NCBI RefSeq assembly: GCF_018350175.1
Contig: NC_058368.1
Location: 178,066,001 to 178,130,000, forward strand
Source of the DNA: Felis catus
Taxonomy: Eukaryota
Reading direction: 5' to 3'
Length of the DNA stretch: 64,000 bases
In this document: piece after piece, positions 24,550 to 36,369 of the stretch
Position numbering within the stretch: the first letter of the stretch is position 1
Layout of the letters: every line of letters begins with the position of its first letter
The notes under the pieces: model-generated
Told to the model about the DNA's origin: nothing
Databases searched by the model: none
Seen by the model: only the letters and a program-made list of their open reading frames with translations
Position numbers and translations under genes: made by a program

Positions 24550-26933
24550 CAGAGGTCAGCAAACTAAGGCCCATGGATCAAATGCCATCTGTTTTTGCAA
24601 GGTCTGTGGGCTATGCATGGTTTTTACTATTTTAAACAGTTGGGGAAGAAATAAAAATAATAATAATATTTTGTGACATGTGAAAAATATATGAAGCCCA
24701 GATTTCAGTGTCCATAAATAAAGTTTATTAGAACACAGCCACGCTCACCCATTTGTATACCACCTACAGCTGCTTTCATGCTATAACGGCATAGTGGAAT
24801 AGCTGAGACAGACTGTATGTGGCGCTCATTGCCACCTACTGCTGCTCAATGCATTATAAATTGCACTAATATAGTTATAATTCCATAGCGGCTAGAGTGT
24901 CATAGGTATCCCCATGACATGTACCTTTGATTATTACGAGTGCGTAACCATCATGTCAAAACAAGAGAAGATAAAAGCAGATTTCAAATGTCTAACTTCT
25001 AAGGCACAGTAGAGTTTGGATAATTTTGTTACTGAATTAGATGGCAGAGCAATGTGCTCTTCATGGCACTATAGCTGTCCTAGAAGACTATGTATTGACA
25101 GTATCAGACTAAGTATTCATGCCAGTATTCCTAACTCACAGGAAATCAAAAGTCCAAAAAAAGAAGAAAATTAAAACAGTGTATCTCCTCACGGTGGAAT
25201 TTCCTCACAAAAAGAAAATGGGGCTGAGACCAAAGTTTTGAAGTGACTCATTTGTTAGCCAAGCAAGAAAAGTCATTTACCAATGGAGAATTAATTAAAT
25301 CACCATTATTTTATTGTAGCAGCTGAAGTTGTATCTGCAGAGAAAATAAAGCTCAGACTACTAGCCTTTCAATGAGAACAATGCTCAAGCAATCGAAGAC
25401 GTGAGAGCAACACGGAAAGTCCATTTTAAAGAAAGCAAATGATTTGGAAGTTCTCTTTAGTTCCTGACGAGCTGACAGACCTTACTGATTCTGCTCATAC
25501 TGCTACCAATACTATCCACTTATTCCAGAAGTCAATGCTAAGTTTGAAACGACTAAAGACCTGCATGAAGAGTCTGTGTGGAACTACAGGCCAGAAATAT
25601 TTTCAAAGAAACTGAGAAAACACTGTGCGCAACCTGAAGTGGTATCTGCTAAGATGTGTCACGAGTGGTGGTAAAAATACATGGAGCAGAAAAGGGCTTA
25701 ATTGTACAAACTTAAAAAGCTTACAAAAAAAAATGTAAGAGTCTAAAACCTATGGTTCTTCATTGTATTATTCTTCAGTAGATACTTTGTAGTAAATTAT
25801 TTGAGTCTACCCTGTGTTAATGAATAGGTGGTGTAAACAGTAGGCTTCAATTCACTTTGGTGAACTTATCTTCATTCAGTTCTGTGAATTTCTGTCAGAA
25901 ATAGGAGCTGAAAGTCCTGACTTGCCCGCCCACCCCCTACCCACCACACACACAGTAGTTAAATAGCTTAGCAGAGGTAAAGTTTTACTGCAACTTTGTT
26001 TAGCTCAGGGCTGAGACTGACATTTTCTGAAGAGAAGAACCATTTTAAACCACCACTGTTGAATGTGAAGTGGCTTTGAAAATTAGCTTTTGCAGCAAAC
26101 TTGATAATGTAATTTAATGAATTCACCCTAAAGTTACAAACTTGCCTAAAAGGCAAACAGTGCTCAGTACTTATATTATAAAACTTATAATGCAGCAAAG
26201 TCATTTCATAATAACTAAACACTGTTTCAATCACAACTAGTATTAAGCTGCTTTATATACTTTCCACACCATCAAAGTTAAAAGTGGCAAGATCTCTATT
26301 CTTGGGTATGTTTTCTGAGCGCCAACTATAGTTCCAGCAGCATTTTTCAGACCCTGATGCAAGTGCAAAGGAAATTTCCGTATTTTAAAATCCATTTAAC
26401 TGAGCAATTGAGGAGCTTCCACCAAACCTTCAATTGGAAGGGACGAATCTGCAACACAATGACATTCTGAAAGGCAAACATCAAGAGCAGTTTGAACAGA
26501 GCTCTATAAATGCCTTCTAAGTGATGAATGTGCTTAATTAAAACCATGTTTATGGACTGATATCAATACTTGGCAGTACTTATCTGTGTGAAAAGACATT
26601 TTCAAAGACAGAATATAAAAAATTTCATTGCAGATCTGTAGTAACACATGAACATCAGCAATCAACTTGATGACAGAAATACTAACTTTGAACCCCAATT
26701 AGGTCAATTGTATTATCCCCAAAAGAATAATTTCATTCTTCTGAGTAGATGTGTATTACAAAATACTGCATTCAATTATTATACTGTCAGTTTCAACAAT
26801 AAAATTTTGTGGAAATCTGTTTTCTCTCTTCTTATACATGTACTTACAAAATATCCTTGATTTAGCCTCTTGGCCTGCAAAACCCACAGTATTTACAATC
26901 TGGCCCTTTACAGAAAAAGTTTGCTGACCTCCG
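24550..26933 (+). mobile_element. Near full-length hAT-Charlie DNA transposon fossil, Cheshire (autonomous MER58 parent)-like, with a decayed transposase
   Basis: TIRs CAGAGGTCAGCAAACT (24550) and AGTTTGCTGACCTCCG (ends 26933) match at 15/16. Both subterminal regions are MER58-like. The broken internal ORF starts at ATG 24953 (MSKQEKIKADFKC...) and has a hAT dimerisation-like motif LGSTYLCEKTFSK at ~26569-26607. Confidence 0.85.
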
Positions 26934-27530
26934 TTCTAGTTCATACAGTCTCCTACTGTAGCACTACCATATCGTTCTTTAGCTTTTTATTTACACATTT
27001 ATGTCTCTCCGACTAAACTAGAAGTTACTTTGGTGCATGTGCATAAAACAAGTAGGTAGTACTAGGCCTCGTTTTACATTTAAGTATTTGCTCCATGCCT
27101 GCCGAGTGAATGGCTAAGAATCTCTAGAAGCAGGCAAGAGTTAGCATTCCTATGAATCATTCCTTCATGTTTCACAGTTAATTACAATCTGTCTCTCTCA
27201 CCTGGAATTTTTTTTTTTAAAAAAGCTCCTAATCAACTTTCTAAAAATGCAATCTTTGCCCACTACTGTTATGAGACATCAAACAGGGCCAAGAAGAATC
27301 AAGAAATTATTTCAATTCATGCCTATTTCCACCTCTTGGCCTCTTCCCTAAGTTTGCTTTCCAGGCTTTCCAATTCTTTCTACGATTAATCTCTTTGACA
27401 GTGAAATAAACTACACTAAAAGGACATGCAGCACTATCTATCAATTATCATTGCTCAACTACACAAGCTCTGTAACACTGACATATATCTCCTGGTCTTT
27501 CATGGTTAATCGCTGTTATCAAATACTTAC

Positions 27531-27677
27531 TGTTCCTTGTTCTAATAAAAGTTGACACTTGCTGAGACATTCTGGGCTGTCAATAAGTTCCAGGAGTGCT
27601 TTCTCAGCCTCTATTCTTTGCGTAAGATCAGTCCCTATGTAGAGGTGAGTACATAACACTTCCAATTCAGCCAAACT
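27531..27677 (-). CDS. RANBP17: RANBP17 coding exon 2 ([49 protein letters not shown])
   Basis: 147 nt; acceptor ttcttctcaag|AGT, donor ACA|gtaagt; start of the importin-beta N-terminal domain. Confidence 0.96.
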
Positions 27678-28563
27678 CTTGAGAAGAAAAAAGAAATTAA
27701 CATTTTACTTGAGTGAAAAACAAAAATAAGGTAAATGTATTAATCACAGGACTTGAGGGATGCGAATACCATGCCTGTATTCATCAATTCAATAAATGTT
27801 TATGGGGCTACGGCTACCAACTAGGGGCACAGTGATGAACAAAAAAATCTCCTAACTCCAAATTATTTATTTATAAATTGATAGTGCTATGGTGGAAAAG
27901 TAACAGTATAGAAAGACAAGGACTTGCCTAATTGAAGGAGTATGAAAGCAGTAACAACTTTCAAATGTTACTGCCCAAAGTAGTAACATTTATCCTAAAA
28001 GGGTGAGCCAAACAAAAAAAGACTAGACAGCAGTCCAGGCCAAGAAATAGCCTGGACTATTTACCAGGGCCCAGAACAGAGCGTAATCATTTCAAGGCAT
28101 TAAAAGGTCAATGTCACTGGTAGACAGCAAGGAGGAGATGCCAAAGGAAGCTAAAGACATAAGCAGGCGGGGATTATCAGGTGCAAGTGGCAGATGCCAT
28201 GCCAATTACATTATTTCTCAAACTGCAAGAACTTCAATGGATCCATCCATAAAAAAGCAAAGATAATTATAAATATACACTGATCTGGGGCTTCTGAACT
28301 AATGACTCATAGTGCTGCAGGCAAACTGTCATGATTTTCAGGAACTATGACCTAACCCCATGTTTTTTCTAGCAGTGTAATAACTAGTTATCATGTTGTA
28401 GCCTACTACTTTATAGGCGCAAAGAATAATTCATTCTCTTTAGAAATATAATTTCATCTGAAGATATAAAACACATGGATAAAATCTAGAGGAAAATGAG
28501 ATCAGCATTCCTTCCAGCTTAAAACAATTTTTGTTAAAGGCACTTGACAAAAACTACTTCACT

Positions 28564-28594
28564 TTTTTTTTAATTTTTTTAACGTTTATTTATT

Positions 28595-28644
<50 letters not shown>

Positions 28645-28819
28645 AGAGTGTGTGCGAGTGGGAGAGGGGCACAGAGAGAGGGAGACACAGAATCTGAAAT
28701 AGGCTCCAGGCTCTGAGCTGTCAGCACAGAGCCTGACACGGGGTTTGAACCTGGAAACAGCAAGATCATGACTTAGGCCAAAGTCAGACGCTTAACTGAC
28801 TCAGCCACCCAGGTGCCCC
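28564..28819 (-). mobile_element. Can-SINE (Fc2-like) with long (GA)n
   Basis: Perfect TSD AAAACTACTTCACTTT at ~28550 and 28820. Confidence 0.95.
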
Positions 28820-29761
28820 AAAACTACTTCACTTTGAACTTGAAATAGAATTAATTCTTTGGAGGACAAAAAAAAATAAAAAAATTAAATCAGTATCAGT
28901 AGTCATATGAAGGTAATAGGATATTCCTAAAGAAATGCCACTTTTTATCCTTTCTGGCCTGAATTTTTATGTGGCGGCCTTACAGCTACACTAGTCCAAA
29001 CATTCTCTCAAATACATATATCTTTGGCTAACAGGAATACAGGCAAAACACTGAAATGAGACTTCCTCTAGCCCTTTAATTCTTTTTCCTTCTCTCTCCT
29101 TCTTAGCTCATTTATGGCATTTTCCACTTCCTATCCAGGTCAGAGCCCAACATCCCAGAATTGAGAATTTTCTGCTAGATTGAAAGTAAAAAAGAAAGGT
29201 TTCAAATGAATAAATGAAGATAAAGGACCTCCAATGCGCCACATTTTCCACATTTCCCCCAACTAGGCTGGCCCAGCAAGCCCTCAGAGTACTGCCCCAT
29301 AATGCTCATAATATTAAAGTGTATAGAAAATTTATGGTTCATGAATACATACAAATATCCATATTTTCTCCAAGGGTAAAAAATACAAAAACAGAAAGAG
29401 CTACCTTTTTCTCTCTCTTGGCTCATGATCAACCTTAGAAGTCTTTTCCTTCATCTAATAAATTTGAAAGGCTGAATTTTAGAGCTGGTAATACCCAGAA
29501 AATTTAATGATAAACTGATCCTGCTGTCATGCATTCATCTAGGTCTAAGAGTCTTTGAAGAAGTAGACTTTGGATTCAAAAACAACTGGGCCAGAAATAG
29601 TGACCTAACTGTTTGAAAACAAAAGGCAGCAAAATAAGTGAGACTCAAACCGATCTTACGGATTTGTTTGGAAGATGAAATGAGTAAGGGTCACATAACT
29701 TCTGGCACATAGTACTCCTTATGAAGGCTAGTTGTTTATTAATATGACTTAATAATAATAT

Positions 29762-30476
29762 TGTACTGGGTGGAACTGTATCCTTCTAAAAGATAGGTCT
29801 AGGGGCACCTGGGTGGCTCAGTCGGTTAAGCTTCTGACTTCGGCTCAGGTCATGATCTCAAGGTTTGTGAGTTCAAGCCTCCACATCAGGCTCTGTGCTG
29901 ACAGCTCAGAGCCTGGAGCCTGCTTCGGATTCTGTGTGTCCTCCTGTCTCTGCCCCTCCCACGTTCATGCTCTGTTTCTCTCTGCCTCTCAATGATAAAT
30001 AAATGTTTAAAAAAAAAAAAAAAAAAAAAAAAAAGGTCTAATTCCTAACCCCTAGTACCTTTGAATGTACCCTTATTTGGAAATAAAGGTCACTGCAAAT
30101 CATTAAAGGTCACTGCAAATCCACCATCCTGGATTTAGGGAGGGCCCTAAGTCTAATGACTCATAAAAGAAAGGAGAGGTACTTGTGAGATGCAAAGACA
30201 CAGAGAGACACCAGGGAGAAGGTCATGTGAAGAAGGAGGCAGAGGCTGGAATGATGAATCTACATGCCAAAGAACGCCAAGGATTGCCAGCAGCCATCAC
30301 AGAGTAGGATAAAGGCATAGAGCAGTTTCTCCCTCAAGGCCTCCAGAAGGAACCAATACTACTGGCACATTAGTTTCAGACTTCTGACCTTCATAAGTCT
30401 AAGACAATAAATTTCTGTTGTTTTAACCCGCCCAGTTTGTGGTCATGTGTCACCACAGTACTAGGAAACTAATACA
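29762..30476 (+). mobile_element. ERVL-MaLR MLT1 solo LTR interrupted by a Can-SINE
   Basis: TG...CA ends (TGTACTGGGTGGAACTG ... CTAGGAAACTAATACA). Typical internal motifs CCTTATTTGGAAATA, GCCAAGGATTGCCAGCAGCCA and AATAAATTTCTGTTGTTTTAA. 5-bp TSD-like AATAT/AATAC. Confidence 0.85.
29802..30033 (+). mobile_element. Can-SINE (Fc2-like) nested in the MLT1 LTR
   Basis: Full body, A tail of ~26, TSD AGGTCTA. Confidence 0.93.
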
Positions 30477-31014
30477 AATACAATATTGATCAAATCAATG
30501 GGACCTAAGTAAATATATCTGGAAAGATTCCAGAAAGTTCTGGAAATTATTTTGTCTGTTTTGCTATACTGATTTAGAGAACTTCAACACAAAGTAAGTC
30601 TGGAGCATACTTAAATAGTATTCATTTAAATCAACAATACTACAAATTACCCCTTTCTTTCCAAAGGTATTTCTGAGTATTAACTGAAAGGCTGTGCAAG
30701 ATAAAATGGGAGAGGCTTAAACTTTCTCTTACAAAAGGCTAAAATAAAGGGGCAAAAAATTGAGTCATTCTTTCACTGTAATGATAATAATGAAACACAT
30801 GGCAGGCATATCAAATCTTTTTAGAGAAAAGGATACATACCTAAAGACCCTTACCCTGGTGGAAAGGCATTATCTAAACATTTAAAACACTCACAATGTG
30901 GTGAATAATGACTGACCAAATAATCTTCTGATTAGCATTTGACTTTCCAGAGAATCTATAAAGAGAGACTTTTCCACAATGAATTAATAAATTTGCATCT
31001 TAGTTTTAAACACT

Positions 31015-31176
31015 GGGGCGCCTGAGTGGCTCAGTCAGTTAAGTATCCAACTCTTGGTTTCAGCTCAGGTCATGATCTCACGGTTTCGTGGGTCCAAGCT
31101 CTGGACCCACACTGATGGCGCAGAGCCTGCTTGGGATTCTCTCTCTCCCTCTTTCTCTGTCCCTCCCCTGCTCATG

Positions 31177-31213
<37 letters not shown>

Positions 31214-31258
31214 TCTCTCTCTCTCTCAAAAATAAATAAGCTTTAAAAAATTTTTAAG
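31015..31258 (+). mobile_element. Can-SINE
   Basis: GGGGCGCCTGAGTGGCTCAG..., long (CT)n, AATAAA tail. Confidence 0.9.
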
Positions 31259-32708
31259 AACAGTGATGTCTACATATACGGTTAACATTAGAATGCCTCA
31301 GATAAATGGATTCTTTCTTGATTTGCTGACAAATCAGGTTTGAGTTATCAAAGCTCCTACAAGGCTTAATAGCAATACTAGAAGCCCATAAAAATAACTA
31401 ATAGGCAGAACAAGTAGAATTGGACATCACTTAACTCCCAAACAATAACTATCAAATACAAACAGACAGCATCCAACTTCCATAGCCTAAGAAACAATAA
31501 CATAATTCTGCCTATAATCTAAATAAGGATCTTCTACATTATTATGACCTCATCCCTGGCCTTTGTGCTTGACATATAATTAACCCCTAAGTGATGTGAC
31601 TTCTTCTATTCCCGCACATGTATCTATCAATGGGTAGATAGTGAGAAAAACAAAAACAAAACCAGACAAAAAGAGTATATACTGGAAGGCATTATAGGAA
31701 CAAAAAGCAGATGACAGGTTTCTGGCCAGGGAGGGAGGGAGAGCAGAACAGGATAGGGGAACAGTAAGAGGGATTACAAAGGAATAAAAAGAAACTTTTG
31801 GGGGTGATTGACATGTTCATTATCTTGATTTCAGTGATGATTTCACAAGTGTATACAGAAGTCAAAACTCCTGCACAACTTAAGTATGTGTAGTTTATTA
31901 TTTTCCAATTATGTCGTACTATAAGCTGGGGGGGCGGGGGGGAGGGAAAAAGAATGAACCAGAAAAATTCTACCCCAATTGAATTTAAAACTCAATTACT
32001 TCTCTGTATCTTTCCTGCTATCTGGAATTAAGCTTCTTGATTACCATTAACAGAAAATACTTTCCTTTCCCACAAATCTTTGTTTCTTCTTCCCTTTACT
32101 ACCTTTTCCTGAGCATACCTGAAAGCTTATTCCAGGGTCTCTAGAAACTCTTCCTTCTACAATATATTGGGTAGTATCTGTTTTTAGAGCTTTATAGTTT
32201 ACAAAAGTATTCCCATTCTTTTATTTTTCAACCCATCCTGACAAACGGGCTCCTACAAAGTACATATTTTTAGCCCACCCATTTTAAGACAAAAAAACCA
32301 AGGCTGAGAGATCAAATATACATAAGTTGCTCAAGATCAAGTATAGCGTAAATGGTCAATTTTAAGCCAAATAAATACAAGTCTATATGCCTCAAGAACA
32401 TGTTTTCTCCTTACCATCCTGGCACCTTGCCACCCTTTACTTTGGCCTGCAAGGAGATAAGCAGACGATGTCCTACTCCCTACTTTCAGCTCTGTCTGCT
32501 CATCATTTTTGTATCTACCAATTTCTCCCTCTTGGAAAATTCAGAAAGATGCTGAAAATAACCCCAAAATGTCAGAAACTGAATTGAACATACTTCCCAC
32601 AGACTTCCACTTCAAGTGTCTGTTTTCAGTGGTTTCAAAGGTCTAGACTAGGATCTAGATTCATAACCTTGACGTTAACTTTGTCACTTCTTCCTCCTTA
32701 GTCCCTCC

Positions 32709-33590
32709 TGTATAGTTAAAGAGTTTGGCCTTACCCAAAGAAAAGTCTGGGCTTTACCCTCAGATTCTAGGAGGTAACCTATATTATATCTGATAGGCCT
32801 ATTTTTGTTCAGGTGCAAGGGGCTGGAGGGTGCACAGTCCACAGTCTTACGTTGGGGGCTGGCCACATCAGAAAGACCAACTGTGTGTTTAAGGGTGGGG
32901 GCTTTGGATCACATGGTATTAGCCTAAAGACTGAGGTCAATCACATGGGCAATGAAAAGTCCATCGTGACCATGTAATGAAGCCCCAATAAAAAGTTCCC
33001 TGATTTGCAATACTCAAAGCATACTGTCACACATACAGGCTGGGAGCATAACACGTCCCAGTTAAAAGTAAAAGTTTTACTTTTAGGGGCGCCTGGGTGG
33101 CGCAGTCGGTTAAGCGTCCGACTTCAGCCAGGTCACTATCTCGCGGTCCGTGAGTTCGAGCCCCGCGTCAGGCTCTGGGCTGATGGCTCTGAGCCTGGAG
33201 CCTATTTCCGATTCTGTGTCTCCCTCTCTCTCTGCCCCTCCCCCGTTCATGCTCTGTCTCTCTCTGTCCCAAAAATAAATAAACGTTGAAAAAAAAAAAT
33301 TAAAAAAAAAAAAAAAAGTTTTACTTTTAGGGACAGTAAAAGTTTTGTTTTGCAACCCTCCCAGACTCTGCCCCTTGCATCCCTTCTTTTAATCAATTTC
33401 AATCTGTGTACTTTCCCAGTAATAAACTGCATGCATATGACGGCCTTCAGTGAATTCTTTGAGTCGTTTTGATAAACTATCAAATCTGAGGGTAGTTCTA
33501 GGAAACTCTCAATATGTAGTCGGTGTCAGAAAGAAGTGAGGGCAGTCTTGCAAACTATATCCTTTAAGCTTGCAGTGTAGCTTATTTCTA
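32709..33590 (+). mobile_element. ERVL LTR, MER21-like, interrupted by a young SINE
   Basis: MER21-type motifs GGGGCTGGCCACATCAGAAAGACCAAC, GTAATGAAGCCCCAATAAAAA, GTGAATTCTTTGAGTC...TCAAATCTGAGGGTAG; 3' boundary approximate. Confidence 0.65.
33086..33313 (+). mobile_element. Young felid SINEC_Fc-type SINE nested in the MER21-like LTR
   Basis: GGGGCGCCTGGGTGGCGCAGTCGGTTAAGCGTCCGACTTCAGCCAGG, CpG-intact; perfect TSD AAAAGTTTTACTTTTA. Confidence 0.95.
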
Positions 33591-34234
33591 GGATATACTA
33601 GTTTGTTATAAAATCTTAACAATTCTTTTTAACTACAGACTCAGACTCACCTCCACAGGATATTCATAGACAACAGAGCAATAGAACAGTATTTTCTAAC
33701 TGTGGCCTTCAGTGCCCTGGATGTCTTCAGCAGCTTCTTTGGGAATGACAGTGGCAGCTTTGGAATCTGCCACCTACTTACCGACCCTAAGCAAATTATT
33801 TAATCCTTCAACACCTCGCATTTGAAACCACAGGTAGTAAGATCCACCTTCCAAAATAATTGTGAAGAGTAAGACCAAACAACAAAAAGCTTAACCCAAT
33901 GCCTGACACACAACAGATTCACAATAAATTGTAAATAATCCCTTCAGTTACTGATAAATTATACAACACTATCTTGGACTTGCATCTACAGTTTCTCCCA
34001 TTCAAGTCCATATTGCCAGGATGATCTTTCCCAAACCTCTTTTCCATCATGTTACCAGGACATTTACAAGAGTTCACAATCTCATTTAGATTAAATCAGG
34101 CAGCCTGGCTGCATAGTAAGAAGCATGGCCATAGTCCCTGCTTCTGGAACAATTCTGAAAGCAAAAAGATTGACAAACTGGGTACCCTAAATTTTTCCTC
34201 ATGTCACTTCTTGATTCTCATCTCAATCCCTCTA

Positions 34235-34429
34235 TTTTTTTATGTTTATTTATTTATTTATTTATTTGAGAGAGAGAAGGCAAACAGGGGAGGGGCAGAG
34301 AGAGAATCCCAAGCAAGCTTCATGCTATTACCGTGGAGACCGACACAGGGCTTGATCCCACGAACTGTAAGATTACGACCTGAGCCAAAATCAAGAGTCG
34401 GACACTTAACTGAGCCGCCCAGGCACTCC
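34235..34429 (-). mobile_element. Can-SINE
   Basis: Minus-strand body; TSD-like TCAATCCCTCTATT/TCAATCTCTCTGTT. Confidence 0.88.
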
Positions 34430-34575
34430 TCAATCTCTCTGTTCTATCTTCCTCACTCTGCTCCCAGCTCTATCTTTCCTCATTCTGCCTTCCTCCTCCC
34501 AATCTGGACTGTCTCTTCTCAGATGGTAACCCAGATCCATTGCTTCCTTTGGGACAGAGTACCCTAACTCACTTA

Positions 34576-34742
34576 CAGCTTCCTAACCAGGATGCGTGTA
34601 CCTTGAATGGTATGCCTGGGCTATTGATCCCCTTGCCCTCCAGGCTGCCAGGCTTTTGGCTATGAGCAATTTATGTCACTGAACCAGACCATTACCATTT
34701 TTTATGTATGCCATGATGTGAAAAAGATTGTGGAGAAGCGCC
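34576..34742. mobile_element. Old hAT-Charlie MITE (possibly MER112-like)
   Basis: Terminal pattern GCTTCCTAACC ... TGCCATGATGTGAAAAAGATTG..GAAGCGC. Confidence 0.4.
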
Positions 34743-34941
34743 CTAACCTCACCTTACACAAGTCCACATCTTTACTCATCGCCCTAATGGCATAATTTTG
34801 GACCAGCTACCCTGGTGAGTAGGTGACAGTAAGATATCGACATGAAAGAATATAGAATTATGAGTTATTATGTCTATTCTAACTCTACAGCCTTGGGCAA
34901 GTCACAACGGTTCTAAGATTCAGTGTGTTCAAGAATAAAAC

Positions 34942-34969
34942 GTATATATGTATATGTATACATGTAAGT

Positions 34970-35002
<33 letters not shown>
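34942..35002. repeat. (TA)n/(TATG)n microsatellite
   Basis: Read directly. Confidence 0.9.
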
Positions 35003-35003
<1 letters not shown>

Positions 35004-35749
35004 GCACACCTCTCAAATTAGTTGTGGGGCTCAAAATCTACAATAAGCATGTGAAAATTTAAAATGCTAGGTACCAGTTATCATTATTAATAAATGCTCC
35101 TGGAGTTAACTGGAGAACAATATGGTCTCATAAGCTGGCAATGCTTCAAACTGAGAAGTTTCAGAGTTTTTTTCTGGCTCCCAAAACTGTGATCTTTAAT
35201 TGTCCATCTATACGTTCAAGCTGCTGTGAAATACATTCCTGGAAAACCAATATAGGTAGTTTTGGCATTAGCAGCTAATTTTTCCAACACTCTACCTGAA
35301 TCTGAAGAAGTCTTCCGGGACTGAGTGATTTACTATTATGCATCATCTTCTACGTCTGAAAACTTCCAAACTTCCACCACAGTCTTTAATTTACCCTCAA
35401 GATTTACACCTGAACTATGAACACCTGATTACCTTTTTATAACCCCTAAGTCCTCCCTGCAAGATTTTTCCCATGAAAATTTCCCAGAGGGCATGTTTAC
35501 CAAAATGGAAATAAATAACATTATGTTGACCTGGATGCCCTTAGAAGCCGCAAGGAGTCAAAAGGTAATGTGTGGGGCTCACTACTTCCTGGTCTATAAA
35601 TCCTAGAGCTGTCAATTACCTGACAGGAGAGTGGCTGGTTGGAAAGAAAAGATCCTTTGGAAGAAATCAATAAATAAGAAATGAGCCAGTATGACCACAG
35701 GCGGTCCAATGAAGTCTACAAAAGGAACGTGTCACATACAGACACTGTC

Positions 35750-36345
35750 ACCACATTATGAAGCTGACTACCCCTCCAAGGACATTGCTGCCATCCACAG
35801 CCTCCCCTTCTCGCTTTCCTTTTATATGAACTTTATGCTCCAGCCAGACCAAACTTCTTGCAGAGTGCCATGTTCTTCCACAATTCTTTGCCATCATTCA
35901 CATGGTCATTTTGCCTCTATACTCTGCCCTTCCTCTTCACCGGGCTAGCTCCTACAATTATTTCAAGACCCACTCGATTGCAAGTTCCCTGAGAGTAGAA
36001 ATCACAGTTTTGCTAGAGCTGTCTTCAGTGACTAGCAAAGCAGCAACTCAATAAATAAGTGGAAGAATGGAAGCTCAAAGAAACTCAAAGCATCCCCTCC
36101 GAGAACAGCTCTGCCTCACTACTTCTCTACACACACACACACACACACACACACCGGGTTGACGACCCATCTTCAATGTTCCCGTGGTATCCTGCGGTTA
36201 GTCTTACCATATCATTTTCACATGGACAGTAATTATCTGTAAATTCTATGAGGGCAGGGATGGTAAGATGCTTTATCCCAGAACTGTGCACAGTGCTTGG
36301 AGACACGGTTGGGAAGCTCTATGTTTGTTGAATGAATAACTGGAT
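35750..36345. mobile_element. L2 3'-end fragments
   Basis: L2-like tails CTCAATAAATAAGTGGAAGAATG (~36047) and TATGAGGGCAGGGA...TGTTTGTTGAATGAAT (~36248-36337). Confidence 0.55.
36129..36154. repeat. (AC)n microsatellite near the CpG island
   Basis: Read directly. Confidence 0.95.
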
Positions 36346-36369
36346 GCATATGCCAGTGCAGCCCGAGAA

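Noticed and set aside
30084..30121. Short tandem duplications (TAAAGGTCACTGCAAATC x2; also ~51793-51828 and ~9889-9909)
   Set aside because: Ordinary slippage duplications, mostly inside repeats; two units only, not CRISPR-like.
33086..33170. tRNA-like A and B boxes
   Set aside because: These are the tRNA-derived heads of Can-SINEs, not tRNA genes.
34049..34567. 172-aa ORF
   Set aside because: Reads through an antisense Can-SINE; no coding features or splice context.
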